Source: Burkholderiales bacterium
Lineage (GTDB): Bacteria; Pseudomonadota; Gammaproteobacteria; Burkholderiales; Burkholderiaceae_C
DNA length: 64,000 nt
Reading direction: 5' to 3'
Assembly (NCBI GenBank): GCA_038231215.1
Contig: JBBRLS010000018.1
Span: 3,832 to 67,831 of the forward strand
Part shown: one piece after another, positions 1 through 8,834 of the stretch
Layout: every line of letters starts with the position of its first letter
How positions within the stretch are numbered: position 1 is the first letter of the stretch
The notes under the pieces: model-generated
The model's database searches: none
What the model saw: the letters and a program-made list of their open reading frames with translations, nothing else
Told to the model about the DNA's origin: nothing
Translations under genes and position numbers: made by a program

Positions 1-953
1 GCCCATGTCGCCGCGATCCGCTCCTGCAACTGCGCCGCCCCCCACTCGCCGGCGCGTTTCTTGGCCTGCGCTGGTGCGAAGAAGAGCACTGGGCGCGGGC
101 CCGGCAGTCCCTTGCCGCCGCCCAGTTCTTCCCAATGCGTGCCGCCGACCGAGCAACTGTAGGCAAGCTTGTCTCGCCAATGGTTGTGAGTCGTCGCGCG
201 CAGTGCGGCGTTGCCGCTCATGTCGACATAGACGGCAGACGAGTCCGCGGACAGGCGCGTCACGTCGGCATACGGCAGCACCTCGTCGTAGCACCCGAGG
301 CTCTTCGTGAAGGCAAGGTTGGCGGGCGACGTGAGGCCGACACTGACCACCGCGCCGGGCTGGCCGCGCCGGGCCGCAAGGCAGAACCCGAGGCCATACG
401 CCGTCTTGCTCGACGCGCTCGACACCAGCACCGTCGGCGCGCCGAAGAATCCGTTGTCCGCGAGAAAGTCGTCGATCAGGAACGAGGTGGTGAAGAGGGG
501 CCGGAGCAGGGCAAGTAGCGCCTCGTCGGACTGGCGATAGAGGGAGTCATGGCTGCAGCGAAGGTACTGGTTGTAGACCGAGTGCAGCTCGCGCCGATGC
601 GCCGCCCCGTCGATGAAGCGGCTCGCGTCGATGTGTACAGGGTAGAGCACGACTTCGTCAGCCATCGGGAAGTAACCATAGAAGCGCTCGCCCGTTTCGA
701 CGCCGCCGCAACGCGACTCGCTCACGGTCGCAAAGCCCCAGACCGGAATGCATCCGGTCGCCTCGTCGCCGGTCGGAAAGAAGCTCCAGTAGCTCATCGC
801 GTCGCCGAACGCGCCGTAGGTAATGTTGTTCGAGGTGAGGGCGAAGCGGTCGATGCGCATGCGTACAGCACCCGCCTCGAGAGGAGCCGCGGGCGCCTCG
901 AGCCACTGCGTGCGGCGCAACTCGTTTCGGGCCACCGTGAAGGTCGTGGTCAT
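1..953 (-). CDS. DUF2855 family protein (3' end runs off the window)
   Basis: Hand translation from the ATG at 953: MTTTFTVARNELRR...RFALTSNNITYGAFGDAMSYWSFFP...IPVWGFA...GERFYGYFPM...LLRPLFTTSFLIDDFL...SSASSKTA. No stop before the left edge, so it is missing from the ORF track. Confidence 0.8.
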   Translation of the reverse strand, partial: MTTTFTVARNELRRTQWLEAPAAPLEAGAVRMRIDRFALTSNNITYGAFGDAMSYWSFFPTGDEATGCIPVWGFATVSESRCGGVETGERFYGYFPMADEVVLYPVHIDASRFIDGAAHRRELHSVYNQYLRCSHDSLYRQSDEALLALLRPLFTTSFLIDDFLADNGFFGAPTVLVSSASSKTAYGLGFCLAARRGQPGAVVSVGLTSPANLAFTKSLGCYDEVLPYADVTRLSADSSAVYVDMSGNAALRATTHNHWRDKLAYSCSVGGTHWEELGGGKGLPGPRPVLFFAPAQAKKRAGEWGAAQLQERIAATW

Positions 954-985
954 ATGATGTCTTTCGATGTGGGAGGGGCAAGGCG

Positions 986-1846
986 ATGCGAAGCGCGATG
1001 GTGACATTTCCCGGCGATGAAGTCTGGCCCTCGATCGGCCTGGGCACCTGGCGGATGGGCGAATCGGCGGGTCGGCGTCTCGCCGAAGTCGGCGCCGTTC
1101 GCGCCGCGATCGAGATGGGCTACCGCGTCATCGACACCGCTGAAATGTATGGTGAAGGCGGCGCGGAAGAGGTCGTCGGCAGCGCCGTCGCCGAAAGCCT
1201 TCGCGCCGGGACGGTCCGGCGCGAAGAGCTCTTCATCGTCACCAAGGTCTATCCGCACAACGCCAGCAAGGCGGGCACCGTGGCGGCCTGCGAGCGCAGC
1301 CTTCGTCGTCTCGGCCTCGACAGCGTCGACTGCTACCTGTTGCACTGGCGCGGCTCGGTGCCGCTCGGCGAGACCGTTTCCGCCTTCGAGGACCTTCGGG
1401 CGCGCGGTTGGTTCCGCCACTGGGGAGTAAGCAATTTCGATCTCGACGACATGGAGGAATTGCTCGGTGTCGACGGCGGCGAGCGCTGCACGACGAACCA
1501 GATCTACTACTCGCTGAGCGCGCGCGGCCCGGCCTTCGCCCTGTTGCCGTGGCAAGAGGCCCGGGGCATCGTGACGATGGCGTACTCGCCGATCGACCAG
1601 GGCGCACTGGCCCGCAACGCCGGCTTGCGCGCTATCGCTGCACGTCTTGCGATCACGCCGGCCCAATTGGCGCTGGCGTGGCTCGCCGCGCAGCCGGGCG
1701 TGATGGCGATTCCAAAATCGTCGGACCTTGCGCGCCTGAAGGAAAACCTCGACTCGCGAGACGTCGAGCTTTCGGCCGAGGACCTGGCGGCACTCGACCG
1801 AGCGTTCCCGCCGCCCGAGGGCAAGACGCCGCTCACCATGCGATGA
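986..1846 (+). CDS. Aldo/keto reductase (YeaE-like)
   Basis: GLGTW, IDTAEMYG, TKVYP, YLLHW and AYSPI motifs, plus the IPKSS cofactor loop. Confidence 0.92.
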   Translation: MRSAMVTFPGDEVWPSIGLGTWRMGESAGRRLAEVGAVRAAIEMGYRVIDTAEMYGEGGAEEVVGSAVAESLRAGTVRREELFIVTKVYPHNASKAGTVAACERSLRRLGLDSVDCYLLHWRGSVPLGETVSAFEDLRARGWFRHWGVSNFDLDDMEELLGVDGGERCTTNQIYYSLSARGPAFALLPWQEARGIVTMAYSPIDQGALARNAGLRAIAARLAITPAQLALAWLAAQPGVMAIPKSSDLARLKENLDSRDVELSAEDLAALDRAFPPPEGKTPLTMR

Positions 1847-1862
1847 GCGGCGCCTGGCTCTC

Positions 1863-2117
1863 TCATAGCCGGCTCACGCCGGGCAACCAGCCGACGAATC
1901 GGCCGTCCACGTAGAGCGCACCTTCCGGGGCGCCCGCCTCGGCGTGGAACTCGAAGCGCGGGTCGGACATCACGGCCGCCGGCTCGCGTGCCAGGCTCTG
2001 CGCCAGGCGCGCGAGCAGGGCGCTCGCGCTTTGCAGCAAGGCTGCCGCGAGGCTGCGCCCCGCTTCGGCCAAGGGTGCGGGGGCCTTGGCCCACCCCAGT
2101 TCTTTCAAGCTCGACAT
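1863..2117 (-). CDS. Small hypothetical protein (84 aa)
   Basis: AGGAAG upstream of the ATG. Ala/Leu helical N-terminus and an ordered C-terminus (EFHAEAGAPEGALYVDGRFVGWLPGVSRL). Confidence 0.65.
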   Translation of the reverse strand: MSSLKELGWAKAPAPLAEAGRSLAAALLQSASALLARLAQSLAREPAAVMSDPRFEFHAEAGAPEGALYVDGRFVGWLPGVSRL

Positions 2118-2163
2118 GATGGTCTTCCTGTGCGTTGGCGAAGACGGCGTCGCCGCCTTCGGT

Positions 2164-2322
2164 TCATGGGCTGTGCCTCATTTCGTTCAGTTGGCGCCGG
2201 AGCGCGTTGGCAGCGCGCTGGCGTTGGGTTCGTCCGTCGGGCCGGTGCGATCCGGCACGGCGCAGTCGCGCCGCCATCGCCATCGGGTTGCGCGGACGGG
2301 GCATGTTGAGTTCGATCTTCAT
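2164..2322 (-). CDS. Small basic protein (52 aa; PRNP...RRAGSH motif), possible ribosome-associated/rescue factor
   Basis: Strong AAGGAG Shine-Dalgarno 8 nt before the ATG at 2322. MKIELNMPRPRNPMAMAARLRRAGSHRPDGRTQRQRAANALRRQLNEMRHSP. The function is inference only. Confidence 0.65.
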   Translation of the reverse strand: MKIELNMPRPRNPMAMAARLRRAGSHRPDGRTQRQRAANALRRQLNEMRHSP

Positions 2323-2350
2323 GACATCGGCTCCTTCGCGTTCAGGGACA

Positions 2351-2392
2351 AAAAGCAAAACGGCCCGGTGCAGTGACGCGACCCGGGCCGTT
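2351..2392 (-). terminator. Intrinsic terminator / attenuator hairpin
   Basis: Minus strand AACGGCCCGG...CCGGGCCGTT stem followed by TTGCTTTT, lying just upstream of the RBS of the 52-aa gene. Confidence 0.75.
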
Positions 2393-2425
2393 GACGAAGT
2401 CTCTTTCGAGACCCTCAGCATGGCT

Positions 2426-2533
2426 TTACCCGGGCGGTGCTCCTATTGCACCCAAGACAGTCATCGATGCAGCGGCGCGGCCTGCGAGAAGGCAGGTCGA
2501 GACGGCGATCGAAGCGAGATTCAGCAGGGACAT
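2426..2533 (-). CDS. Putative leader peptide (35 aa)
   Basis: MSLLNLASIAVSTCLLAGRAAASMTVLGAIGAPPG*. It lies between a sigma70-like promoter and the terminator and is too short for the ORF track. Confidence 0.45.
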   Translation of the reverse strand: MSLLNLASIAVSTCLLAGRAAASMTVLGAIGAPPG

Positions 2534-2597
2534 GTGTCTTCCGACTTGGGTTGGGGAGGCGGGGTGTCGCCGTGCGCCAAGGCGCCGACTTGTTCAA

Positions 2598-2627
2598 ATG
2601 ATAAACGTGCGTCGACCGGGCTGGCAA
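2598..2627 (-). promoter_or_regulatory. Sigma70-like promoter
   Basis: Minus strand TTGCCA-N18-TATCAT. Confidence 0.5.
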
Positions 2628-2654
2628 GCGAATTCCGACGATCGCGCGAAGGCC

Positions 2655-3170
2655 TCAGCGTTTTCGTTTCAGCGGCGCCACAGCGGCGGCCGCCTTCGAC
2701 CAGAGCTGGGAGTCGGGGTCCGGTCCGGCGACGCCCGATGTCGGCGGTGACGGGGCTGAGGGTGGCTGCAGTGCTTCTCCGAGCAGGTCGAGCAGGCGCG
2801 AGCGCGCCCGCTCCGGGTGGCGTCGGTAGTAGCTCAACACCAGGCCGACGATGAAGCGCTCGTCGTCGTCGGCGGGCGCATCGGCAGGCGTGGCGCGGCT
2901 TCCAGGGTCGTGCGGCTCGTCGAGCCAACCGGCGGGCTTGTGACAACGCTGCTCGAACTGGCGCGCCAGGCGCTCGCCGATCTGCCGCGAGCGCGCCTTG
3001 ATCTGGCTCCAGTAACTCGGCTGGATGAGCAGCCGCTCGGCAAAGCGGCCGTCGAGGCCGCGCGCGGCGGTGGCGTCGGGATGCTTGACAACGGCGCGGA
3101 CGAAATCGTCGAACAGCGCCATCGCGTTCTCGAAGCGGATCTGCGCGAGGTCGCGCGGCTCGGTCGGCAT
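2655..3170 (-). CDS. Cro/CI-like HTH-domain protein
   Basis: Likely start MPTEPRD at 3170. The segment SYWSQIKARSRQIGERLARQFEQRCHKPAGWLD resembles the N-terminal HTH of phage repressors. Confidence 0.6.
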   Translation of the reverse strand: MPTEPRDLAQIRFENAMALFDDFVRAVVKHPDATAARGLDGRFAERLLIQPSYWSQIKARSRQIGERLARQFEQRCHKPAGWLDEPHDPGSRATPADAPADDDERFIVGLVLSYYRRHPERARSRLLDLLGEALQPPSAPSPPTSGVAGPDPDSQLWSKAAAAVAPLKRKR

Positions 3171-3241
3171 GGGCACCAATGATAAAGCTTGTTTATCAGA
3201 TCGGCCGGACGCTTGCGCCTGCGTCCGCGTCGCGGTCCTGC

Positions 3242-4741
3242 CTACTGGAACGCGACCTCCGCAAAGCTGCGCAGCTTCCTGCTGTGCAACTGGTCGATGC
3301 CCGCTTCGCGCAGCAACTCGATGGCACGGATGCCGATGCGCAGGTGCTGGTCGACGCGCTCGCGATAGAAATGATTCGCCATGCCGGGCAGCTTGATCTC
3401 GCCGTGCAGCGGCTTGTCGCTGACGCAGAGCAAGGTTCCGTACGGGACGCGAAAGCGAAAGCCGTTGGCGGCGATGGTGGCGCTCTCCATGTCGAGCGCG
3501 ATCGCCCGGCTCTGGCTGAAGCGCCGCTCCGGCGTGCTGATGGCATCGCGCGATGGCAGCAGCTCCCAATTGCGGTTGTCGGTGCTCGCGACGGTGCCCG
3601 TGCGCATGATCCGCTTCAGCTCGTAGCCCTTGAGCTGCGTCACTTGTGCCACTGCCTCCTCGAGCGCGACCTGAACCTCCGCGAGCGCCGGGATCGGCAC
3701 CCAGAGCGGGAGGTCCTCGTCGAGCACGTGGTCCTCGCGGACGTAGCCGTGCGCCAATACGTAGTCGCCGAGCTGCTGCGTGTTGCGCAGGCCGGCGCAG
3801 TGGCCGAGCATCACCCAGGCATGCGGCCGCAGCACCGCGATGTGGTCGGTGATCGTCTTCGCGTTGGCTGGTCCGACGCCAATGTTGACCATCGTGATGC
3901 CGCTTCCGTCCTCGCGCTTCAGGTGATAGGCAGGCATCTGCGGCAGGCGCGGCGGCGTGGCGCCGAGGTCGTCGCCCGGGCGCGAGGCGGCGCCGCGCGG
4001 CCGCTCGATGACGTTGCCCGGCTCCACGAAGGCGTCGTACTTGTCGTGGCCCGCGCCGCCGGCCATTGCCTCGTGGCCGAGGCGGACGAACTCGTCGATG
4101 TAGAACTGGTAGTTCGTGAACAGCACGAAGTTCTGGAAGTGCTCGGGGTCGGTGCCCGTGTAGTGGCGCAGGCGATGCAGCGAATAGTCGACGCGGGGCG
4201 CCGTGAACAGCGACAGCGGATGCGGCTGCCCTGGCCCGGCGACAAAGGTGCCATTGGCGATGCCGTCGTCCATCGCGCCGAGGTCGGGCAGGTCGAACAG
4301 GTCGCGCATGAGGAGGCGCCGCTCGAGCGTCAGGCTGCCTTCGATATGGTCGTGCTCGGCGAACGAGAAGTGAACGGGGATCGGCTGCACGCTGGTGCCG
4401 ATCTCGAGCGAGACGCCGTGGTTCTCGAGCAGCAGGCGGAACTGCTCCAGATAGTAGGTCGCGAAAAGGTCGGGCCGCGTCAGCGTCGTCTCGTAGGTTC
4501 CCGGACCGGACACGAAGCCGTAGCTGAGGCGCGAATCGGCGCGCGCGACCGTGTCCGTGTGAATGCGCACGAAGGGATAGCAGGCGCGAACGCGGCCGCC
4601 CGGCGCGGCGCCGCTGACGAACGCTTGCAACGCGCCGCGCAGGTGATCGACGCTGCCGTCGTAGATCTCGCGGGCGCGCGACAGCGCCGCCTCGGCGCTG
4701 TCGAAGCGCGCCGGTGCGATGAACGGCGGGAGCAGCGCCAC
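3242..4741 (-). CDS. amn: AMP nucleosidase
   Basis: FQNFVLFTNYQFYIDEF, QMPAYHL, MVNIGVGPANAKTITDH, ALDMESATIAANG and VSDKPLHGE motifs. Confidence 0.95.
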   Translation of the reverse strand: MALLPPFIAPARFDSAEAALSRAREIYDGSVDHLRGALQAFVSGAAPGGRVRACYPFVRIHTDTVARADSRLSYGFVSGPGTYETTLTRPDLFATYYLEQFRLLLENHGVSLEIGTSVQPIPVHFSFAEHDHIEGSLTLERRLLMRDLFDLPDLGAMDDGIANGTFVAGPGQPHPLSLFTAPRVDYSLHRLRHYTGTDPEHFQNFVLFTNYQFYIDEFVRLGHEAMAGGAGHDKYDAFVEPGNVIERPRGAASRPGDDLGATPPRLPQMPAYHLKREDGSGITMVNIGVGPANAKTITDHIAVLRPHAWVMLGHCAGLRNTQQLGDYVLAHGYVREDHVLDEDLPLWVPIPALAEVQVALEEAVAQVTQLKGYELKRIMRTGTVASTDNRNWELLPSRDAISTPERRFSQSRAIALDMESATIAANGFRFRVPYGTLLCVSDKPLHGEIKLPGMANHFYRERVDQHLRIGIRAIELLREAGIDQLHSRKLRSFAEVAFQ

Positions 4742-4743
4742 CG

Positions 4744-5031
4744 TCAGCCGATCTTTGCGAAGCCGTGCACCGCCAGTGGCGAGGCGAGCATGGGCATCGC
4801 GGCGCCGATTGCCGCGGCGACGTGCGGCGTCTTCATGTGCGCGTCGACGTCACCCTGCGAATTCCAGCGCTCGACGGTCTGGAAGACGTGCAGCGCATCG
4901 GGTCGCTGGAACAGTTCGTACTCGATGCATCCCGATTCGCCGCGCGAAGTCTCTGCCAGTCCGACGAGCATGGCCTTTGCCGCCGCAGCGTGCTCGGGCT
5001 TGACGATGATCGAAGCCATCACGTGGATCAT
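4744..5031 (-). CDS. Putative quinol monooxygenase (ABM domain)
   Basis: SRGESGCIEYEL...ERWNSQGDVDAHMKTPH; 95 aa. Confidence 0.85.
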   Translation of the reverse strand: MIHVMASIIVKPEHAAAAKAMLVGLAETSRGESGCIEYELFQRPDALHVFQTVERWNSQGDVDAHMKTPHVAAAIGAAMPMLASPLAVHGFAKIG

Positions 5032-5126
5032 GTTGCTGTCTCCTCGATGTGCGTCGCGTGCAAAATCGCCCGCAACGCCCGATGATGCCGTAGCCGGATG
5101 ACGCCTCCTCACACTCGCCGCCAGCC

Positions 5127-6392
5127 ATGAAGGTTCTCGTGCTCGGCGCCGGTGTCATCGGCGTGACCGCGGCCTACGAACTCGCCGTCGCCGGCCACGA
5201 AGTGACGGTCGTCGATCGCCAGCCGGCGCCCGCGCTGGAGACGAGCTATGGCAACGCCGGCGAGGTCTCGCCGGGCTATTCGGCGCCCTGGGCCGGGCCG
5301 GGCGTGCCGCTCAAGGCGATCAAATGGCTGGCCATGCACCATCGGCCGCTCGTCATCCGGCCGCACGTCGACATGGCCTTCGTCGCCTGGGTGCTGGCGA
5401 TGCTGCGCAACTGCACGGCGGCCCGGTATGCGATCAACAAGTCGCGCATGGTGCGGCTCGCCGAGTACAGCCGCGACTGCCTGCGCGCTTTGCGCGCGAG
5501 CACCGGGATTTCCTACGACGAGCGCATGCAGGGCACGCTGCAGCTCTTTCGCACGCAGAAGCAGTTCGACGGCAGCGCCGGCGACATCGCCGTGCTGCGC
5601 GAAAGCGGCGTCGCCTTCGAGCTGCTCGACCGCGCCGGCTGCATCCGCCACGAGCCGGCACTGGCGCTCGTGCGCGACAAGTTCGTCGGCGGCCTGCTCC
5701 TGCCCGGCGACGAGACCGGCGACTGCTTCAAGTTCACGCAGCGGCTCGCCGCGCTGGCGGCCGAGCGCGGCGTCTCGTTCCGCTTCGGCACGACGATTCG
5801 CGGCATCGTGCGCAACGGCGCGGTCGTGGACGGCGTCGCCACCGGCGGCGGAACGCTGACCGCCGATGCCTACCTGGTCGCCCTCGGCAGCTACTCGCCG
5901 CTGCTGCTCGGACCGATCGGCGTTCGCATCCCTGTCTATCCGGTCAAGGGTTATTCGATCACCGTGCCCATCGTCGACGCCACCGGTGCGCCCGAGTCGA
6001 CGGTGATGGACGAGACGCACAAGGTCGCGGTGACGCGCCTGGGCGACCGCATCCGCGTCGGCGGCACCGCCGAGCTGGCGGGCTACACGCTGAAGCTTCA
6101 CGAAGCGCGAAGGAACACGCTGTCGCACGTCGTGAGCGACCTGTTTCCCAAAGGCGGCGACGTGTCGCGCGCCGAGTTCTGGTGCGGCCTGCGACCGATG
6201 ACGCCCGACGGCACGCCCGTCATCGGCGCGACGCCGATCGGCAATCTCTTTCTCGCCACCGGCCACGGCACGCTCGGCTGGACGATGGCCGCCGGCACGG
6301 GTCGCGTGATGGCCGACGTCATCTCCGGCCGCCCGGCGGGCATCGACCTCTCGGGCCTGACGATCGCGCGCTACGCCGGCGCGGTTCGCTGA
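5127..6392 (+). CDS. dadA: D-amino acid dehydrogenase
   Basis: GAGVIG FAD motif, [15 protein letters not shown] and GLRPMTPDG...TGHGTLGWT. Confidence 0.93.
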   Translation: MKVLVLGAGVIGVTAAYELAVAGHEVTVVDRQPAPALETSYGNAGEVSPGYSAPWAGPGVPLKAIKWLAMHHRPLVIRPHVDMAFVAWVLAMLRNCTAARYAINKSRMVRLAEYSRDCLRALRASTGISYDERMQGTLQLFRTQKQFDGSAGDIAVLRESGVAFELLDRAGCIRHEPALALVRDKFVGGLLLPGDETGDCFKFTQRLAALAAERGVSFRFGTTIRGIVRNGAVVDGVATGGGTLTADAYLVALGSYSPLLLGPIGVRIPVYPVKGYSITVPIVDATGAPESTVMDETHKVAVTRLGDRIRVGGTAELAGYTLKLHEARRNTLSHVVSDLFPKGGDVSRAEFWCGLRPMTPDGTPVIGATPIGNLFLATGHGTLGWTMAAGTGRVMADVISGRPAGIDLSGLTIARYAGAVR

Positions 6393-6431
6393 GCCGATGG
6401 CAAACCGCGGCTTCACGTCCCGAGCACGCCG

Positions 6432-8255
6432 ATGATCGAGGTCCGTTCGCCGCTTGCTGCCAGCGTCGTCGCCGTGGTCGTCGAGATCGGACAGGTCGTT
6501 CACGCCGGGGCCACGCTGGTCGTCGTCGAGTCGATGAAGATGGAGCACGAGGTACGCGCTGCGGCCGATGGCGAGGTCGCATCGTCGCGCGTCGGTCCTG
6601 GCGACATCGTGACCGAAGGCGAGGTTCTGATCCTGCTCGCGCCGATCGACGTGGAGCGGTACGCGACGCCGACGAGCACATCCGTCGGCGCCGCTGCGAG
6701 TGCGCCCGCGCTCCGCGACGACTTTCTCGAGCTGCGAGCCCGCGAAGCCTTCACCGCCGACGCGAGCCGGCCAGAGGCGGTGACGCGACGCCACGCGCTC
6801 GGCCTGCGCACCGCGCGCGAAAACCTCGCCGACCTGTGCGACGAAGGCAGCTTCGTCGAATACGGCGCGCTCGCCTTCGCCGCGCAACAGACCCGGCGCA
6901 ACCTCGACGACCTGCTCCGCCACACGCCGGCCGACGGCATGGTCACCGGCATCGGCAGCGTCAATGGCGATGCGTTCGGCGCCGAGCGTTCGCGCACCGT
7001 CGTCATGGCTTACGACGCGACCGTGCTGGCCGGCACGCAGGGCATGCGCAACCACCAGAAGACCGACCGCATGCTCGGCATCGCACTGGAGCAGAAGTTG
7101 CCGGTCGTGCTGTTCGCCGAGGGAGGCGGCGGCCGCCCGGGCGATGTCGACATGCCGATCGTCGCCGGGCTGCACGTCGCGACCTTCGCGAGCTTCGCGC
7201 GGCTGTCGGGTCAGGTCCCGGTGCTCGGCATTGCGGCGGGCCGCTGCTTTGCCGGCAACGCCGCGCTGCTCGGTTGCTGCGACACCATCATCGCGACGCG
7301 CGCCAGTTCGATCGGCATGGGCGGCCCGGCGATGGTCGAAGGCGGCGGTCTCGGCAGCTTTCGCCCCGAGCAGATCGGGCCGAGCGACGTGCAGTCGCGC
7401 TCCGGCGTGATCGACGTGCTCGTCGACGACGAGGTGGCTGCTGTCGCCGTGGCCAGGCGTTATCTGTCGCTGTTCCAGGGGCACATCCCGACGTGGCGGG
7501 CAGGCGATCAGAACGCGCTGCGCGACCTCCTGCCGACCAACCGCTTGCGTGTCTACGAGATCCGCGGCGTGATCGAGGCGATCGTCGACCTCGACTCGAC
7601 GATCGAGTTGCGCGCCGGCTTCGGCGCCGGCGTAGTCACCGCGCTGGCCCGCATCGAGGGTCGGCCAGTCGGCGTGCTGGCCAGCAATCCGGCGCACCTC
7701 GGCGGCGCGATCGACGCAGACGCGGCCGACAAGGCGGCGCGCTTCATGCAGCTATGCGACGCGCACGGCCTGCCCGTCGTCTCGCTGATCGACACGCCCG
7801 GCTTCATGGTCGGCCCCGAGATCGAGACGCGCGGTCAGGTGCGGCACGTCAGCCGGATGTTCATCGTCGCCGCCCAGTTGCGTGTTCCCGTCGTCGCCGT
7901 GGTTCTGCGCAAGGCCTACGGCCTGGGCGCGATGGCGATGGCGGGCGGCGGCCTGCATGCGCCGCTCGCCACCGCGTCGTGGCCGAGCGGCGAGTTCGGT
8001 GCCATGGGTCTCGAGGGTGCGGTGGAGCTCGGGTTTCGCAAGGAGCTCGACGCGGCCGAAGCGGGGGCCGAGCGAGACGCGCTGCGTGATCGACTGGTGG
8101 CGGCTCAGTACGCCAAGGGCAAAGCAATCAACATGGCCGCCACGCTGGAGATCGATGCCGTCATCGACCCGGCCGAGACGCGGCGCTGGCTGTCCCTGTC
8201 TCTGGTATCCGCGAAGACCGCTGAGCGCGGCGGGCGATTCATCGATCCCTGGTGA
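6432..8255 (+). CDS. Biotin-carrier + carboxyltransferase fusion (acyl-CoA carboxylase family)
   Basis: N-terminal biotinyl motif ESMKME, followed by carboxyltransferase motifs (YDATVLAGTQG, EGGGGRPGD, GRCFAGNA, DTPGFMVG). Confidence 0.88.
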   Translation: MIEVRSPLAASVVAVVVEIGQVVHAGATLVVVESMKMEHEVRAAADGEVASSRVGPGDIVTEGEVLILLAPIDVERYATPTSTSVGAAASAPALRDDFLELRAREAFTADASRPEAVTRRHALGLRTARENLADLCDEGSFVEYGALAFAAQQTRRNLDDLLRHTPADGMVTGIGSVNGDAFGAERSRTVVMAYDATVLAGTQGMRNHQKTDRMLGIALEQKLPVVLFAEGGGGRPGDVDMPIVAGLHVATFASFARLSGQVPVLGIAAGRCFAGNAALLGCCDTIIATRASSIGMGGPAMVEGGGLGSFRPEQIGPSDVQSRSGVIDVLVDDEVAAVAVARRYLSLFQGHIPTWRAGDQNALRDLLPTNRLRVYEIRGVIEAIVDLDSTIELRAGFGAGVVTALARIEGRPVGVLASNPAHLGGAIDADAADKAARFMQLCDAHGLPVVSLIDTPGFMVGPEIETRGQVRHVSRMFIVAAQLRVPVVAVVLRKAYGLGAMAMAGGGLHAPLATASWPSGEFGAMGLEGAVELGFRKELDAAEAGAERDALRDRLVAAQYAKGKAINMAATLEIDAVIDPAETRRWLSLSLVSAKTAERGGRFIDPW

Positions 8256-8292
8256 GGCAGCCGCACTGCCGGGTTGGCATTCCGGCGCGGGT

Positions 8293-8478
8293 TCAGCCGA
8301 GGTCGGTGAAGGTCGTGACTTCGGGCCAGTGGCGGGCTTGCAGGGCCGGGTGCGCGGCTTCGTAGCCGATGTCGAGGCCATCGGCTTCGCCAGAGGAAAC
8401 CTCTGCGGGCAGCGAGGACTGCACGCTGCTGCGGTACCACCGCTTCACGTCTTCGACCCAGTCCGCATCGCTCGTCAT
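8293..8478 (-). CDS. Small hypothetical protein (61 aa)
   Basis: Acidic, non-shadow composition (MTSDADWVEDVKRWY...); fills an intergenic gap. Confidence 0.45.
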   Translation of the reverse strand: MTSDADWVEDVKRWYRSSVQSSLPAEVSSGEADGLDIGYEAAHPALQARHWPEVTTFTDLG

Positions 8479-8834
8479 CGCATTCCCCTTGCGGCTTGCG
8501 CCTGCCGTTTCTCCAGCGTCGCCACTGTCGCTTTGCGCTCGATATCCGACTATCGGCCAAAGGGGGGGCGCACAGTAGGAGTGAACCTACAGTTGCACAC
8601 GACGAGCGCCAATTTAGTCGCGCGGCATGACGCGATGAAGACAGCCGGTGCGCCCGCGAGACGGAAGGTGCGCGCGCGATACAGCCGGCGCGTCGGCGCA
8701 CTCCGACGCGAGGCTCAGCGCTCGGCCCACGCCGCGTCGAGGGAGCCTCGGGCAGTCGGTACGCCGTGGCGGGCGCATCGTTCGGGTCACAGCGAACGGC
8801 GTCGTCACGACGCCGGAACTTCCAGGTGCACAAC

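Noticed and set aside
2396-2420. CTGA...GAAA segment as a hammerhead ribozyme or riboswitch
   Set aside because: It lacks the CUGANGA core and stem arrangement. It is better explained as a simple GNRA hairpin within the leader.
2415-2627. 70-aa ORF from the track (and the 85-aa extension 2164-2421)
   Set aside because: It starts inside the predicted promoter, or spans the terminator. The 35-codon ORF and the ATG at 2322 have better RBS and context.
2655-3569. 304-aa version of the HTH gene
   Set aside because: The N-terminal 130 aa overlap amn in another frame and are low-information. The start at 3170 is more plausible.
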